A DNA stretch of 64,000 nucleotides from Octopus bimaculoides. Lineage: Eukaryota. The position numbers and the translations under genes were made by a program. The notes below the pieces were generated by a model. The model was not told the DNA's origin and searched no databases. It saw only the letters and a program-made list of their open reading frames with translations. Location of the stretch: NCBI RefSeq assembly GCF_001194135.2, contig NC_068990.1, positions 89,223,406 to 89,287,405 on the forward strand, written 5' to 3'. This document shows, one piece after another, positions 49,210 through 61,654 of this stretch; the first letter of the stretch is position 1, and each line of letters opens with the position of its first letter.

Positions 49210-52200
49210 GCACAAACAAACGTGTATGTATATTACACCATGGATTATGGAAAAATCTTTTCCGAGCGCCGATCAACCTTGGTTTAACACTTTGCTCTCG
49301 CCAAACAAACGATTAGTTAACTCGGGGATTTGCCATTTTCCCCTATTTTATTCAAGTATTTCGCCCTCACTTATATATCGTGTGTAGGAAAAGTGAAATA
49401 AAATTCCCTAACAAAAGACAGCAATTGGCATGTGAGAGATGGTTGACGACCAACTGGATGCTTTGTGAACAATAAAAGCAGCACAAATGTGTGTGTGTCG
49501 GCAACATACAGACCCACACTTAAGCACAGATTTGTTTTTTTTTGGTCGCAGGTTGTTTAAACTATAAGCATTTTATTTTGGAGTATATCTGGGGTCGGGA
49601 TTTTAAAAATTTATTTCAGTCGGGAATGAAAAGAAGGTGTTTGTTTTATTACGTTTACTTTCTTTTTTGGAAAACGGGAAATTATTCTAGCGAGGTTGGT
49701 CGGAGAAAGAAGAAAAAAAAAAACCAGCTTGTAATATTGTCATTGGGACCAAGTCAAGGACTGGATATAGAATAAAATGTTTCCGTGCTAACATTAATTT
49801 TTCTCTGTCTTCACTACGGTCCTTGTTTCTATTTAAGAAGTATATAGCTATATATATGTGCGTATATAAATATATACACGTATGTAATAGTTAAGTGACT
49901 GTGTGTGAAAGGTACCTAGTAAAACGAACCACAAAGCCGCCTCACCAGAAGGTTCCACACCCCATCACCAGGCCGGGCATGCGCATTACATCTTCTTATC
50001 TCTCTATTCGGTCAAGCTTTTACTCTTTCTCCCTCTTTTCATCTCTCTAAACTCTCTCTGTTACTTTTAGTTATCTTAATGTCCGTCTCTCTCCCTCTTT
50101 TATCACTCTCTCTCTCTCTCTTTTATTTGCTATTCTCTATCTCCCTCTTTCATATTTCTCTGTCTTTCTACATACACGCTACTATCTACAACTTTTATAC
50201 ACCAGACGATGTATAAATACTACAAATATATTTGTTTGCATTGTTTCTCACTTATTAGCTGTTAATAAACAACATAAACCACCTGTCTGTAATTGAAGTC
50301 TTATATCAGCAATTTTAGTTATATATATATATATATATATAATTTATCCTTTGCTGTTTTTCTTTTCTCTTGTCTAATTGTCCTTAATAATACCCATTAA
50401 GATCTTTCTCTTTAAGGGGAAACAAAAACAACTTTCCATCTCATGTACCTCCCTACCATATGTCAACTGACTGGAAACGACGAAAAATAAATCCCGTATT
50501 CGGTATATATTACGTGAAATTAGTTGAGAATTTTTTTGTTTAAAAATAGTCTATATGCTAACCCCTTGAGGCCATTGAGACGGTTTCCCTTACCCTATTT
50601 ATTTACAGAATTGCTCAGAAATCGTTTTATTCTTTTTTAGTAGAAATTTATCCGAAAGGAAACCAAAGGAAAAAAGCATCAAAAGAAACAAATATGTACT
50701 CGATTAATTTTTCTGTTAAACCCTTTAATCGGAGGTTTCTGTCGGGTTAGTAGGAATATATAGAAGTTCGCGACTGTGCAAAAAATATATAATGGTTTGA
50801 TAAAAATATGAAAGGTTGTTTTTTTTGCAGACGTGAAAAATGGAACTGCTAAGCTGGCATATGGGCTATTTTTGTGCGCGAAACTTTTCTTTAGCAGGTG
50901 TTCCTCTCATGTTTATCCCACTACAGCGCTTTGTTTAGCATTCTGAGTCCCCCCCCCCCCGCTCACCCTCCACGAATTTATATTTGGATATTTTGCCTTT
51001 TATTTATTATATGACTGAATGAATCGAGTTATTACATTTCCTTGTAATTGCTGAGCATCTGATAAAAGAGGCCTTCTAGTTAACCGGCTAGATAGAGAGG
51101 AGGTGGTAGGTCTCTTGGACTGCTTTTCCTGCTACTACAGTATCATTGAATTCGCTCACATCCGTTTTTATTCTGTTTCTCTTGCCTATTCGCCCTTCAT
51201 CCTCACATCCGTCAGCTTTCTCTCCCTAATTAGGTAAAAAAGAAAAAGTAAAATAAATAAATAGAATAAAGCATTAAGAGTTGGTCGGCCCTTCATGTTC
51301 TAACTCCATTTCTTTATGTATGAAGTACTCCCACCACCACGTGTGTTCCATGAAACTAGAAAGAATTCTGTCCCTGCTCTATCGTTTTTGTATCGATTTT
51401 ACCAAGCTCTCGCTCTCTCTCGTCCCATACCTTTCTCTTGTTGGTTCGCAGCCTCACACATGAATTCACAAATGTCAGCAGGCAGCCGATGCGAGGATTT
51501 AGTTTATCTCTTTCCTCCTCCATCGCCAGCGAAGCGATAGACGTAGAGTGCTGCTGATGTTATTGAGGGCGCCCTCCACGGATAACACTTCATACAACCA
51601 CTATCTTTTCTTGCTCTAGATTATACAGAAGGTGAATTCTAATTTCGGTTGCTGCTATTCTAATTTAATATATATATATAGATAAAATATGGGGAATAAA
51701 TAATAAAAGTTTTCGCTTGTTATTGCCCCCTCCGTCTGTTTTTACTTCCATTTACACAGTCACACGTTCACACACATACACATCTAATCTCTGTTCTTTC
51801 TTTTCTCTCTCTCTTTCTCTCCTCTCTTCTCTCTCCTCTCATGGTATAAGGAGGTCGGATTATATACGCCAGCAACCTTCTGGCTGCTTTCGATATCCAC
51901 ACGCTGTTTTCTTCGTTGAAACCAGCCTGCTCCTCTGCATGACTCATGTCTAGGAAAAAGAAGCCTGGTCACAACTAGAGGGAAGGCGAGCAGCAGACAG
52001 AGACTTGAGGACCCTGACTCATGTATCTAGTTGCGGTAGACAGACGGACTAAGCGACTAGGTCAGAGAAAGAGAGAGACAGAGAAAAACCTTTTCTCTCA
52101 ATTCAGTGTGCTCCTCCTACTTCGCGTTTTCTTTTTTTTTTACCTTTTCGTTAGTTTCCTCTTTGCTTTGCATAACATTATTCACCTCTCCCTACTTAAA

Positions 52201-53239
52201 ATAAAATTGAAAAGCTTCTCTGTAATGAGGGCCGTGTCTAAGGTAACATTGATAGTGGCAATGAAAAAAAAAACCTCCATGAACGCATGGTGGCCAAAGA
52301 CCTTCCCCTCCTCAATCTCATTGCAAATTGCTGTGGGGGAAATGTAAGGCCTATGACCATTATGTTATGATGAGACGAGAAACAACAGAGAAGAACCCTT
52401 TGTTAAAGCTAGAAGAGAGAGGAAGCAGCAGCAGAAAATGAGAGGATTACAGTGGATCTGTCACGGGACCCGTAATCTCTTGTAGCTAGGACACAGATGC
52501 TGCTTAAAAATATTTCTCTCCTTCGCACAAACACAGGCCTCATTTTATGGCCTTTCTAAAATATTTATTTTTCTCTGCCGACATTCAATGTGGCTGGAAA
52601 TAAACATATTTTTTAGTGGGGGGCCTAGCAATGTAGTGAGGGAAGTTATTTTTTTTTTCCATTCTGTGTTATAGAAGCTTTTAATGGAGATGATGAGAGA
52701 AGGGAGATGTGGTGGAGGTGGTGGTGGTTATGATGGGTTACTGAAAACCGAAGATGACGATTTATGTTATTAACAACGGACGGCGTCCGGTATTTCTCTC
52801 TAAATAAATGATTATTTTAAGAAGTTGGTGTTTTAAAACTATTATGAATAGCATCAGTGAACTGATATAATTTACAAAACCCCATCAATTAAACCGATGA
52901 ACGCCACATCGTCTTTATTTATCTTCTCATGAATCTGTGGCCTTGTCCCGATATAGTCTTCGTTTTTCTTTTAATGAATCTGTGGCCTTGTCCCGATATA
53001 ACCAATGTCTTTTTTTTTTACTTCTCTATTGTTATGTGAGACAAGCATAATCTCATTTTTCTTTCCTTGGGGGCCTGATGCTTCTTTACACTAATATTTA
53101 CTTTCTCAGTCAACGATAAAAGAATTGTCAAACTTTTTATTTATTCTACTTGTTACGGTTTGTTTACAGTTTAATTTTGAATCGGTTATGAATTAATAAC
53201 ATTCTGGTTTATTAACCAGCACCTATGCACTCGGCCTTG

Positions 53240-53833
53240 TTTATGCGGAACCTCTGCGAGGCCATTCAACCTGCTGGAAATAGCAATGTCTACCTCAAAA
53301 CACGCCCTACCGTTTTAGAAAAAGAAAGGACGCGTTGAATAATGGTAGTCGAAAAATCCAGCAAGAATTACCATTTATCCTAGTTCTGTTTGATCAGGGT
53401 TGACTCGTGACGAAAACGACAACCTTACGTTCACGAACCAATGATGGAGCTTTTATGCGGTCACTCGATGCTAGAAACAACAGCCAAAACTTTCTCAAAG
53501 CACACGCTTCATCCTTAGAAATAAAGAAAAACATTGGATAATTTTTTCCTAAATATAATGTCTGAATAAAACGCAGGCTGGTCCTTGCCTGAACACCTTT
53601 TGATCATGACTAACTTACGCTAAACAACTTTATATACTCAAGCCATCAAGGCAACCTCTATGCGGTCACTCGATATGCTAGAAATAGTAGCCAAATCATC
53701 TTGAAATCACATTCTGCTGTTAACGCATTTGGAAATCCAATCTTTCAAATACAAAAGGACGAGAGGGTCATAGCTGGAACACCTTTGATAATAGGTATAC
53801 TCTTTCTTGGCTGACTTGGGGCTAAACAACAAC
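53240..53833 (+). mobile_element. Head-to-tail trimer of family C repeat
   Basis: gcggtcactcga..ctagaaa....aaacaac units at ~53245, 53450 and 53655. Confidence 0.7.
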
Positions 53834-54191
53834 CTTATATCATCGCCAATAAATAAAATGAAATAAAATGCAATTCAACTCAGAATACCATTTACTTGAA
53901 TGTTTTCTTGTCTTATGTTTTCTAAAGGTAAAAAAACAACAATAGTTATAATAGTAAATCCAACATATCTTAAGTTTTTACAAAACTTAGAATATAGATG
54001 GCAATTTTTTTTTTTTTGCATTCAAAAGATTTAAAAATATATATTTCATATCAAATGATTGCACATACTTAAATTGAGAATTTGTATGGAAATAATTTAT
54101 TGAAAATTCAAAAACTTTCAACACCCTGAGGTACTTTATAAGTTGATCCTTTTAGGTTTTTATTATTAAAATCTAAGGTCAATACCAATTG

Positions 54192-54270
<79 letters not shown>
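54192..54270. repeat. (TC)n microsatellite
   Basis: Visible. Confidence 0.97.
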
Positions 54271-54274
<4 letters not shown>

Positions 54275-55240
54275 TCCTGATCTGTTTCAATAACATTTCT
54301 GATCTATTAAGATCAGGTTTAGTAAATATACTCAAGTTGTAGTTTTAATGTTATTGTTAACTTGTACAAACTCTTATATGTGTAAGAGTGACTGACATTA
54401 AGATGAGAACCCCCTCTTTTATTGTACATACAATGTGTAATGGTTTAGCCCTGTTTTAAAGTGGTATTCACTATAGCTGTATGTATCTTCCATTAGTGTG
54501 GATGGCAGCCACTGTATGACACTGCATGATAAAGTGGAAATAAAAGCTAACAAACAATTGCCTGCCAAAAGAATTGTCTCCATGTGACTGCATCCCTCTT
54601 TCTTTTAAAGACTGTTTCTATCCCTAATTTTTCACAGCACTATCGCTCTCTCTCTTTTACTCATTTGAATTTCATTCTTTCTTCAAACCTTGCTCTGCTT
54701 TGGCCATTGTGTCATTCTCATGTCATTTTCATAAACAAATCTTACATTTTTTTCACCCTTTTTGTTGAGTGCTGCTTGTGTGCTAACACAAGATGATACC
54801 TTTTGTGTGTTGGAGCAGGATTTCTTTGAATGTCAGCTTCTCACTTATTTTATGTTACTATTATTGCTTTTTTTATTCCTTTTTTTTTTAATTCTGAGAA
54901 GAAAGAATGTACACACAAGAATCAAATACTTTTTGCTTTTTATTGTTATCTTCGAGGATGTTTCTTTTTCCAATTTTTAATTTTTGCAAGTAGATTTACC
55001 GGCTCACCCAGTCTTTTGAGATATAATACTATTACAATAATTTCGTCTCTTTAGGTTCAGAGTGTGAATCCAGGCATGGTTAACTTCGCTTGTCAACTTT
55101 CCAGAGTTGATAATTAAATACTTGTAACAAAATAGAATCAGATTCATTCACTAAAATCCCCCCCCCCTCCACCCTACTTAGAAATTGGCCCTGTACCTGA
55201 CTAAGAAATCAATACCATGTATCGTGTATGAAAATAAAAT

Positions 55241-55423
55241 ATTTATTTCCTACACAGGAACAAGTCCACCAATCTGTAAGGGAGGGACTAAATGAGTTTG
55301 TGTGACATCTTCCTCAAAGGAATTAGTAATGATGTTAATAAAAGAGAACGTAGCTCCAACGAAGAATGGAAATGGGGTCACAAATTCAGCACAGTGGGAT
55401 CTTCACTGTGTACGGAAATAAAT
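55241..55423. mobile_element. MITE-like element with ~28-bp imperfect TIRs
   Basis: atttatttcctacacaggaacaagtccac vs reverse complement of gtgggatcttcactgtgtacggaaataaat. Confidence 0.6.
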
Positions 55424-55794
55424 TATTGATTTTTTTTGCAGGCACAAAACTAAGCCACAAATTTTTAGAGCAGGGGATGAGATAACATGACATTCATGCA
55501 TTTCCCAAGGGCATAAGTAATTTATATGCAGTACAATAAATGGTTCCAACTGGGCTACTCCCTCAACTTGGCATTATGTTGATTTTTCACTCTAACAGAA
55601 GGACCATAGTTGATTAAGTTGACCTCAATTAAAAAAATGCAAATACCCTTTAGCTACTGGGCTTACTTTTGGTTTCATGGTATTAAGTGGATGGGAGATA
55701 AATCTCCTCCTGGTTATTATGATGCTGCATCTTAGGTAATACTGTCAGATCTAGTGGTATGTTATGCTCTGACCTGAGCAGATATGATAAATAG

Positions 55795-56093
55795 TTAACC
55801 CCTAAAACACAATAAAATGTTGGTTGTCCAAACCGATATTCTCTTGGCTGTCATATCTTTACAGTTTACCTCACAGTATGCACCTGTCAATGTATAATGC
55901 TTATTTATTCACATTAAAAAAAAAAAAATTAATCCTGCATTATCTTGTAGCTTTGAGATATTAAAGATGTGATTGTTTATTTTTAGAATGACATTGCAGA
56001 GTAGATGTGAAAGGTTTGGATCTGGGCAGGTTAAACACAAAACAGGTAGAATATTTGGGTTGGATATGACCAATTTAAATGCTTATGGGTTAA
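55795..56093. mobile_element. piggyBac-type MITE, second family
   Basis: ttaa-cccct...atggg-ttaa termini. Confidence 0.65.
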
Positions 56094-57594
56094 CTCGGTA
56101 GAGATGAAGGGCGAAGGCAGTTCTGGTAGACTGAGCTGAGAATGCAGTGGGATAAATCAAAGTACTGTTGAACATTTCATTTTACTGCTTCTGATACTTT
56201 GATATTGTAATGAAAACATGTCAAAGCAAAAATAACTATAGGAAAGACATAGTGTATTTAATCTCATATTGTCTTCTGGGCCTAATGAAACAAATCAATA
56301 TATTATAGTCAATTCATTCAATAATATCCTTTTAAGAAAGGTTTTTGCTTAAATAAAAGAGATTAAAACTTGCGAATTTCTAGTGAACAGTTTTTACTAT
56401 TATTATCATTTTAATGTAATAAGTGTAATGAATACTGAGAAGAAATCTGTTTTAGGAAACTTTAGAAGGGTAGATTGAGGATTAACAAAAAGCATTGTAT
56501 AAGAGTGAGTATAAGAGTGAGTTTGAAGTGCTAGACTTGTGACAACATGTCCATAAGTTCAAAGTTTAACTAGGCTTATTCACCTTACCTAACCCTATTC
56601 ACCTTACCAAACAAAAATAAGTTCCACTCCTTGCTTCACAGTTGAGTTATATTAGAAAAGGGGCATCCAACTGTAAACACAATTGGTCTAATGAAATAAG
56701 CCATGTAAGCATGGAAAAATAAATGTAAAACAGTGAAACAACAAAAATCCTCAACAGAAAGAAAGAAAAAAAATCAATTTGAAAAATAAATAGCTTAAAT
56801 AATATTAAAGCAGATCAGCATTTCAATCCAAAATCTTAATGTAATATAAAATTAGACGTGGTTGGGTCAAATGATTGTATTTAAAACTGAGTCTTTTGCA
56901 TGGAGAATCTTATTAAAAATGGATTTTTAAAGCATTTTTTTCTCTCCAATGGTGAAATAGTTTCCTGTTGGTCAAGCCTGTATACATAACTGTTAGAATG
57001 TACTGTATAGAGGTATTACTGGGCATTGTTGAGATTGCGTCAATAAACTGTTAAACAGAGGAACTTGAGTTTTTACCAGTCATGTACTGCCATCCAAAGG
57101 CACACACACACACACTCTCTCCCTCTGTATGTATGTATGTTCATGCATATGTATGTATTGGTGTTGCCCAGATATGGATTCTGTTTCTAACATAACTTTC
57201 AAATTTATTTCTCATCACTACATCTAGGTAGAGTTTAAATGTAAAACAGAATTTTTATTTCGGTTCTGGATCATTTAGTTGTGTATGAATTTACTTTTCA
57301 TATTTGTTTTTTTTTTCTTTGATTCATCCATGGATGGGCAACTGACTGGACACACAACTTGAAAGGTCAGTGGTTAATATTCTGTCACTGGTTTTTATTC
57401 TGACCATGGTGAAGATAGTAATTGACAGTTGGGTCCATTTAGCTGTAAATAGACATGACATAGAGTAATTTAATTAATTGGAGAACTGTCACTGTGTTAA
57501 CTTATATGCACTGTGTTATAAAAGTTGTCAGGCCTGTCCCGATTTTATTTTATATTTTCCATAAGCAGTAACATGGCATTGCTTTGGTTGCTAG

Positions 57595-57649
57595 GAGGAA
57601 GTAAATAATTCTGACAAGCCAAAACTGGTTGATCCCATTGCCCATCCTG
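57595..57649 (+). CDS. Candidate coding exon of an unnamed gene (EEVNNSDKPKLVDPIAHP); alternative acceptor would start it at 57569
   Basis: Polypyrimidine tract with AGs upstream; strong donor CTG|GTAAGT; phase 1 joins 59658 in frame. Confidence 0.45.
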
Positions 57650-57777
57650 GTAAGTGAGAACTTTGTGGTTTAAACCACAGACACTGTTTTCACAGCGAAG
57701 GTTAAGTATTTTGTTTGTTAACTATATGATAGGTGCAACGCAAGGCTAAACATATGTTTATTGAATATATAAAAGGT

Positions 57778-57898
57778 GCAGGTGCGACTGTATGGTAAGA
57801 GATTTGCTTCTGAACCACATGATTCCAGGTTCAGTTCTCCTATGTGTACCTTAGGCAAGTGTCTCTACTATAGCCTAGCGCTGACCAAAGCCTTGTGT
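57778..57898 (+). mobile_element. SINE family A head
   Basis: gactgtatggtaagag...ccaggttcagttc. Confidence 0.8.
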
Positions 57899-58552
57899 TA
57901 ACAACAAAGATGAGGACAAATATCCGTCAAATGTAAATAATGTATAATTCACTTCCATTTCCATAAAACAATGTCAGCATGATGGAATTGAAGAGTGTTT
58001 TGTGTTACTTTGGAAAAGCTGTGTCTATAAATGAACATCTTAGAGAAAGGTGTTCGTTTCTCATCTAATTAATGTTGAGTCAACTAGAGCTGTTAATTAG
58101 GCTTGTAGGTTCTTGATTTTGGGGGAATTATATCTTTTACTAATGTAATAAAACGGGGACTGTTTGATACCATCACACTCTTACAAGAACTCACCTACCT
58201 GTCACTTGGTTATGACCTATCACTACTTTTGCTCTTCTGAACCCCACTCCTCACCTAAACCAGCTCCATGCACCTGTCTTTCCATCTCCTGTCAATGTTA
58301 TTTGTTCCCTATCTTTATGCTTAACTCTCTTTTCCTAGACCTTCCCCTCCCTCCATTTCGGTACCCCACCCTCTCACTAATCTGCTAGAACAACTTTTTC
58401 TTGTTTTCTTTCCAACCACTAACTTACATGAACACCAACTGAACAATAACTACACACTAACCTTTGTTCCCCCTACTCTCTCCCCCACCCCCGTCTGTCT
58501 GCCTCTCTCTCTCTCTCTCTCTTGCACACTCCCAGCTTGGATGGGCCTAGAG

Positions 58553-58884
58553 CAGGGTTTCTCAGCCATTTTTTAACTATGGATCCCTTTGATTACTATT
58601 TTATTCTAGTGGACCCCCATGGCCATTAGATGTTTAAAAAAACTAATTTTATCAAAAGTTCTTTCAAAATCCCTATTTTGTCTTCTACACATTAACTTGT
58701 GTAGGTTGAACTATGAAAAATGTTAGAGAAAGAAACCCAACTATTTCTTGCAATACATACTAGTACGTACATCTAAAGCAAAATTTATTCAGGGCCCCGT
58801 AAGATACTATTGTGGATCCCCAATGTACTATTTTGTTGTGCGGACCCCCAGAAATCTAATATGGACCCTAGTTGGGAACCACTA
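58553..58884. mobile_element. hAT (Charlie-like) MITE
   Basis: Termini cagggtttctcagcc / agttgggaaccacta; internal ggaccccc subrepeats. Confidence 0.75.
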
Positions 58885-59229
58885 AACTTGAGGATCCATG
58901 GGCACTGATTTTCTTCTTTTGATTAACCGATACACAATATATATCCATGATTAAGTATTTTTTTTAATGTTTTCTTATTTTAAGCCGAGGGTGGTCAGAA
59001 TAAATTAACATGATTGTCTTTCATAGACTGAAACAAGGTCCTCAGTTCAATAAAACAACATTTTTAATGTCCATATATAAAGTGAGTGGTGCTAACTGCC
59101 TGAAGTCTACCATAATCAAGTAATGAATTAAATCCAGATTTAAGGTTTTGATTTCTTTGCATGATAAGACAAACCAGTTTAAATATTTGGTAGTTGGTCT
59201 ACTACTGTCATTAGATATTATTCTTTTAC

Positions 59230-59582
59230 TTGTTTCACTCATTTGACTGCCGCCATGCTGGAGCACTGCCTTTAGTCGAACAACTCAACCCCAGGACTTA
59301 GTCCTTGTAAACCTAGTACTTATTCTATCAGTCTCTTTTTGCTGAACCACTTAAACACACCAACAGCGGTTGTCAAGTGATGGTTGGGGGACAAACATGG
59401 ACACACAAATACATACATATATATACACAACGGGCTTCTTTCAGTTTCCATCTACCAAATCCACTCATAAGACTTCGATCAGCCCAAGGCTGTAGCAGCA
59501 GACACATGCCCAAGGTGCCACGTAGTGGGACTGAACCCGGAATCATGTGGTTGGGAAGCAAGCTACTTACCACACAGCCATA
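59230..59582 (-). mobile_element. SINE family A, well-preserved copy
   Basis: gggactgaacccggaatcatgtggttgggaagcaagctacttaccacacagcca. Confidence 0.85.
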
Positions 59583-59657
59583 CCTGCATCTATATGTTGA
59601 TATATTTATCATACAGAATCGATGAAACTAAATCTATGTGACTTTGTAACTTTACAG

Positions 59658-59837
59658 TGTCAACAAGGTTAGGTATGGTTGCTTTGAATAAATATAAGCC
59701 AATATGGGGACCAGATTTTGGCCTGTTTAAATTTGAAAAGGTTAAATGTTTGGAAAGCTCTCCTATTCAGAAAGCAAATTATGAAGAAACCTGGTGTGTG
59801 ACAAATGATAAATTAACTTTATCGGATTATATTGATG
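59658..59837 (+). CDS. Candidate coding exon, 180 nt, phase 1-1 (STRLGMVALNKYKPIWGPDFGLF...LSDYID)
   Basis: Acceptor tttacag; donor ATG|GTAAAG; open frame with protein-like composition. Confidence 0.5.
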
Positions 59838-60786
59838 GTAAAGTATTTTCAAAGATCCTAGTTTCTCAGGTTGATTCTAGAATACAGGTGGAGGCAGTAG
59901 TTTTGGGGACATTTCTACTAGGTTTTGATGCCATATTTAGCAAGCAAAACTTTAATAATATTTAACTTGCATGCACATCGTCATAGACATTGTTTTCAAA
60001 TTTTATTTTCACCATTTTCATACGAGTTTGATGTGTCTGCAAAGCAGTTTGTTGCTACACCCATTCATCTTGTACTGTTTCCTGTGTGAGGTTCAACACC
60101 ACTTCCTTTCTCATGCCTTCTCAATTTTATCTTCAATGCAGTTGCTTTCTGTTGTCACCATCATATTTTCTCTCTGCAAACTTTGTTTTAGTTTGACAAT
60201 ATTGTGACAGCAACATGGGATACTATTCATAACAGAATCTTTCATACGATGTGCGCATATACAATGCATACCTGTGACTAAGAGTACATGTCACTTGCCT
60301 TACTCAACGGCCTTACTCAAAACCTTCCAATTGTTGGTCTCCTGTTTCTCTTACAAGTCATTTTAACTCAACAAAGCACATTATTTTATCTACTATTCAC
60401 ATATTTGGTGTGTGTCCATCCATCTATATATATATATATATAAGAGATAAAGAAAATGGGAATTCATGAGATTCTTCAGAACCACTATGATTGTTTCAAC
60501 CCATTGTGTGCCGGTACCTTACAGGTGAGCTGCTGTACAAACAGTTGTCATGCATTGTAGGTGCAGATGCATTTCCTCAGGTGACTTTTCAAAAAGCACC
60601 TAATTTTTTATTTGCTGTTTTGCTTATCTCTATAACAACACATTTTGGTAATCGTAGTTTACTGTGCATCAAGTGAAACAGCATATAAAAATTTTTTTAA
60701 AAACCCGAAGTACTTTTTATAGTGGTTCTGAATAAAGAGTCTCGTGAATTCTATTTTCTTTCTCTTATTTTTTACAAACTCTACAG

Positions 60787-60809
60787 ACATGAAGGAATTC
60801 CTGAAGTAA
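60787..60809 (+). CDS. Candidate terminal coding exon (D)MKEFLK*
   Basis: Long polypyrimidine acceptor ending ctctacag; phase matches the previous exon; TAA at 60807-60809. Confidence 0.45.
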
Positions 60810-61170
60810 ATCCAGTGGCATATACCTCCATACTGTCATTGACATCAGGGAACCGAATACTGTGAAGGAGCTTTAAACAGCATGCTATATGGTGTATATC
60901 TGAATATAAAATTATATATACACATGCATGCATGCATATATATATGAGAGAGCGATTGATATATTTGAAAGACAACTTCTACTGACAATTAGTCAAGAGC
61001 AAGCTTAGTTTGTGACATGGTTACCAAGCTAAATGGTGTACCACTGATCACAACTATAGTTTCTTGGTGCAGCAGCCACACTGGTATGTCAGACATCTTG
61101 TCTTGTTGGAATTTCAAACTGTCTGTGTTGGTAATTGATAGACAGCTTAAGGTCAGATTACTTACATTGC

Positions 61171-61176
61171 AATAAA
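61171..61176 (+). terminator. Candidate polyadenylation signal AATAAA
   Basis: Followed by a GT/T-rich tract, ~360 nt after the candidate stop codon. Confidence 0.35.
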
Positions 61177-61305
61177 GATGTGGCTTTGTTTGACTAATGG
61201 AAAAGCTATTTTATTTAGTTTGAAGTTTTTGCTATTCTCTTTTTTTTCTTCATTCACTTTCAAGATCTCTCAACCTCTGTCAGTACTAAAGTAACAAATA
61301 TTAAC

Positions 61306-61336
<31 letters not shown>

Positions 61337-61339
61337 TGG

Positions 61340-61545
61340 AATGGCAGAATTATTAGTGTCAGAGAAATGCAATGTGGTATTTGTTCAGGCTCTTTATATT
61401 TCTCTTCAAATCCCTGCTGGGGTCAACTTTGCTTTTCATCTTTTTGGGGTTGATAAAATAAAATACCAGTTAAGTACTGATGTTGAAATAATTGTCTCTC
61501 CTCTCCTCCCCAGATTTCAAGCCTTGCACCTATGTTAGAAACAAT
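61340..61545 (+). mobile_element. SINE family B flanked by (TTA)n tracts
   Basis: ggtcaactttgcttttcatc...gataaaataaataccagtt. Confidence 0.75.
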
Positions 61546-61654
61546 TATTATTATTATTATTATTATTAAGGCATGATAATTTGGTAGAATTGTTTGAGCA
61601 TTGGAAGAAATACCTTGACATGTGTCCTGGCTGTTCAGTTCTATGATCAACTTG

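Noticed and set aside
55258-55275. 18-nt microexon candidate (EQVHQS)
   Set aside because: Lies within the TIR of a MITE-like element.
59838-59965. Continuation of ORF 59657..59965 past the donor
   Set aside because: More simply intronic read-through; the donor at 59838 gives a phase-matched 180-nt exon.
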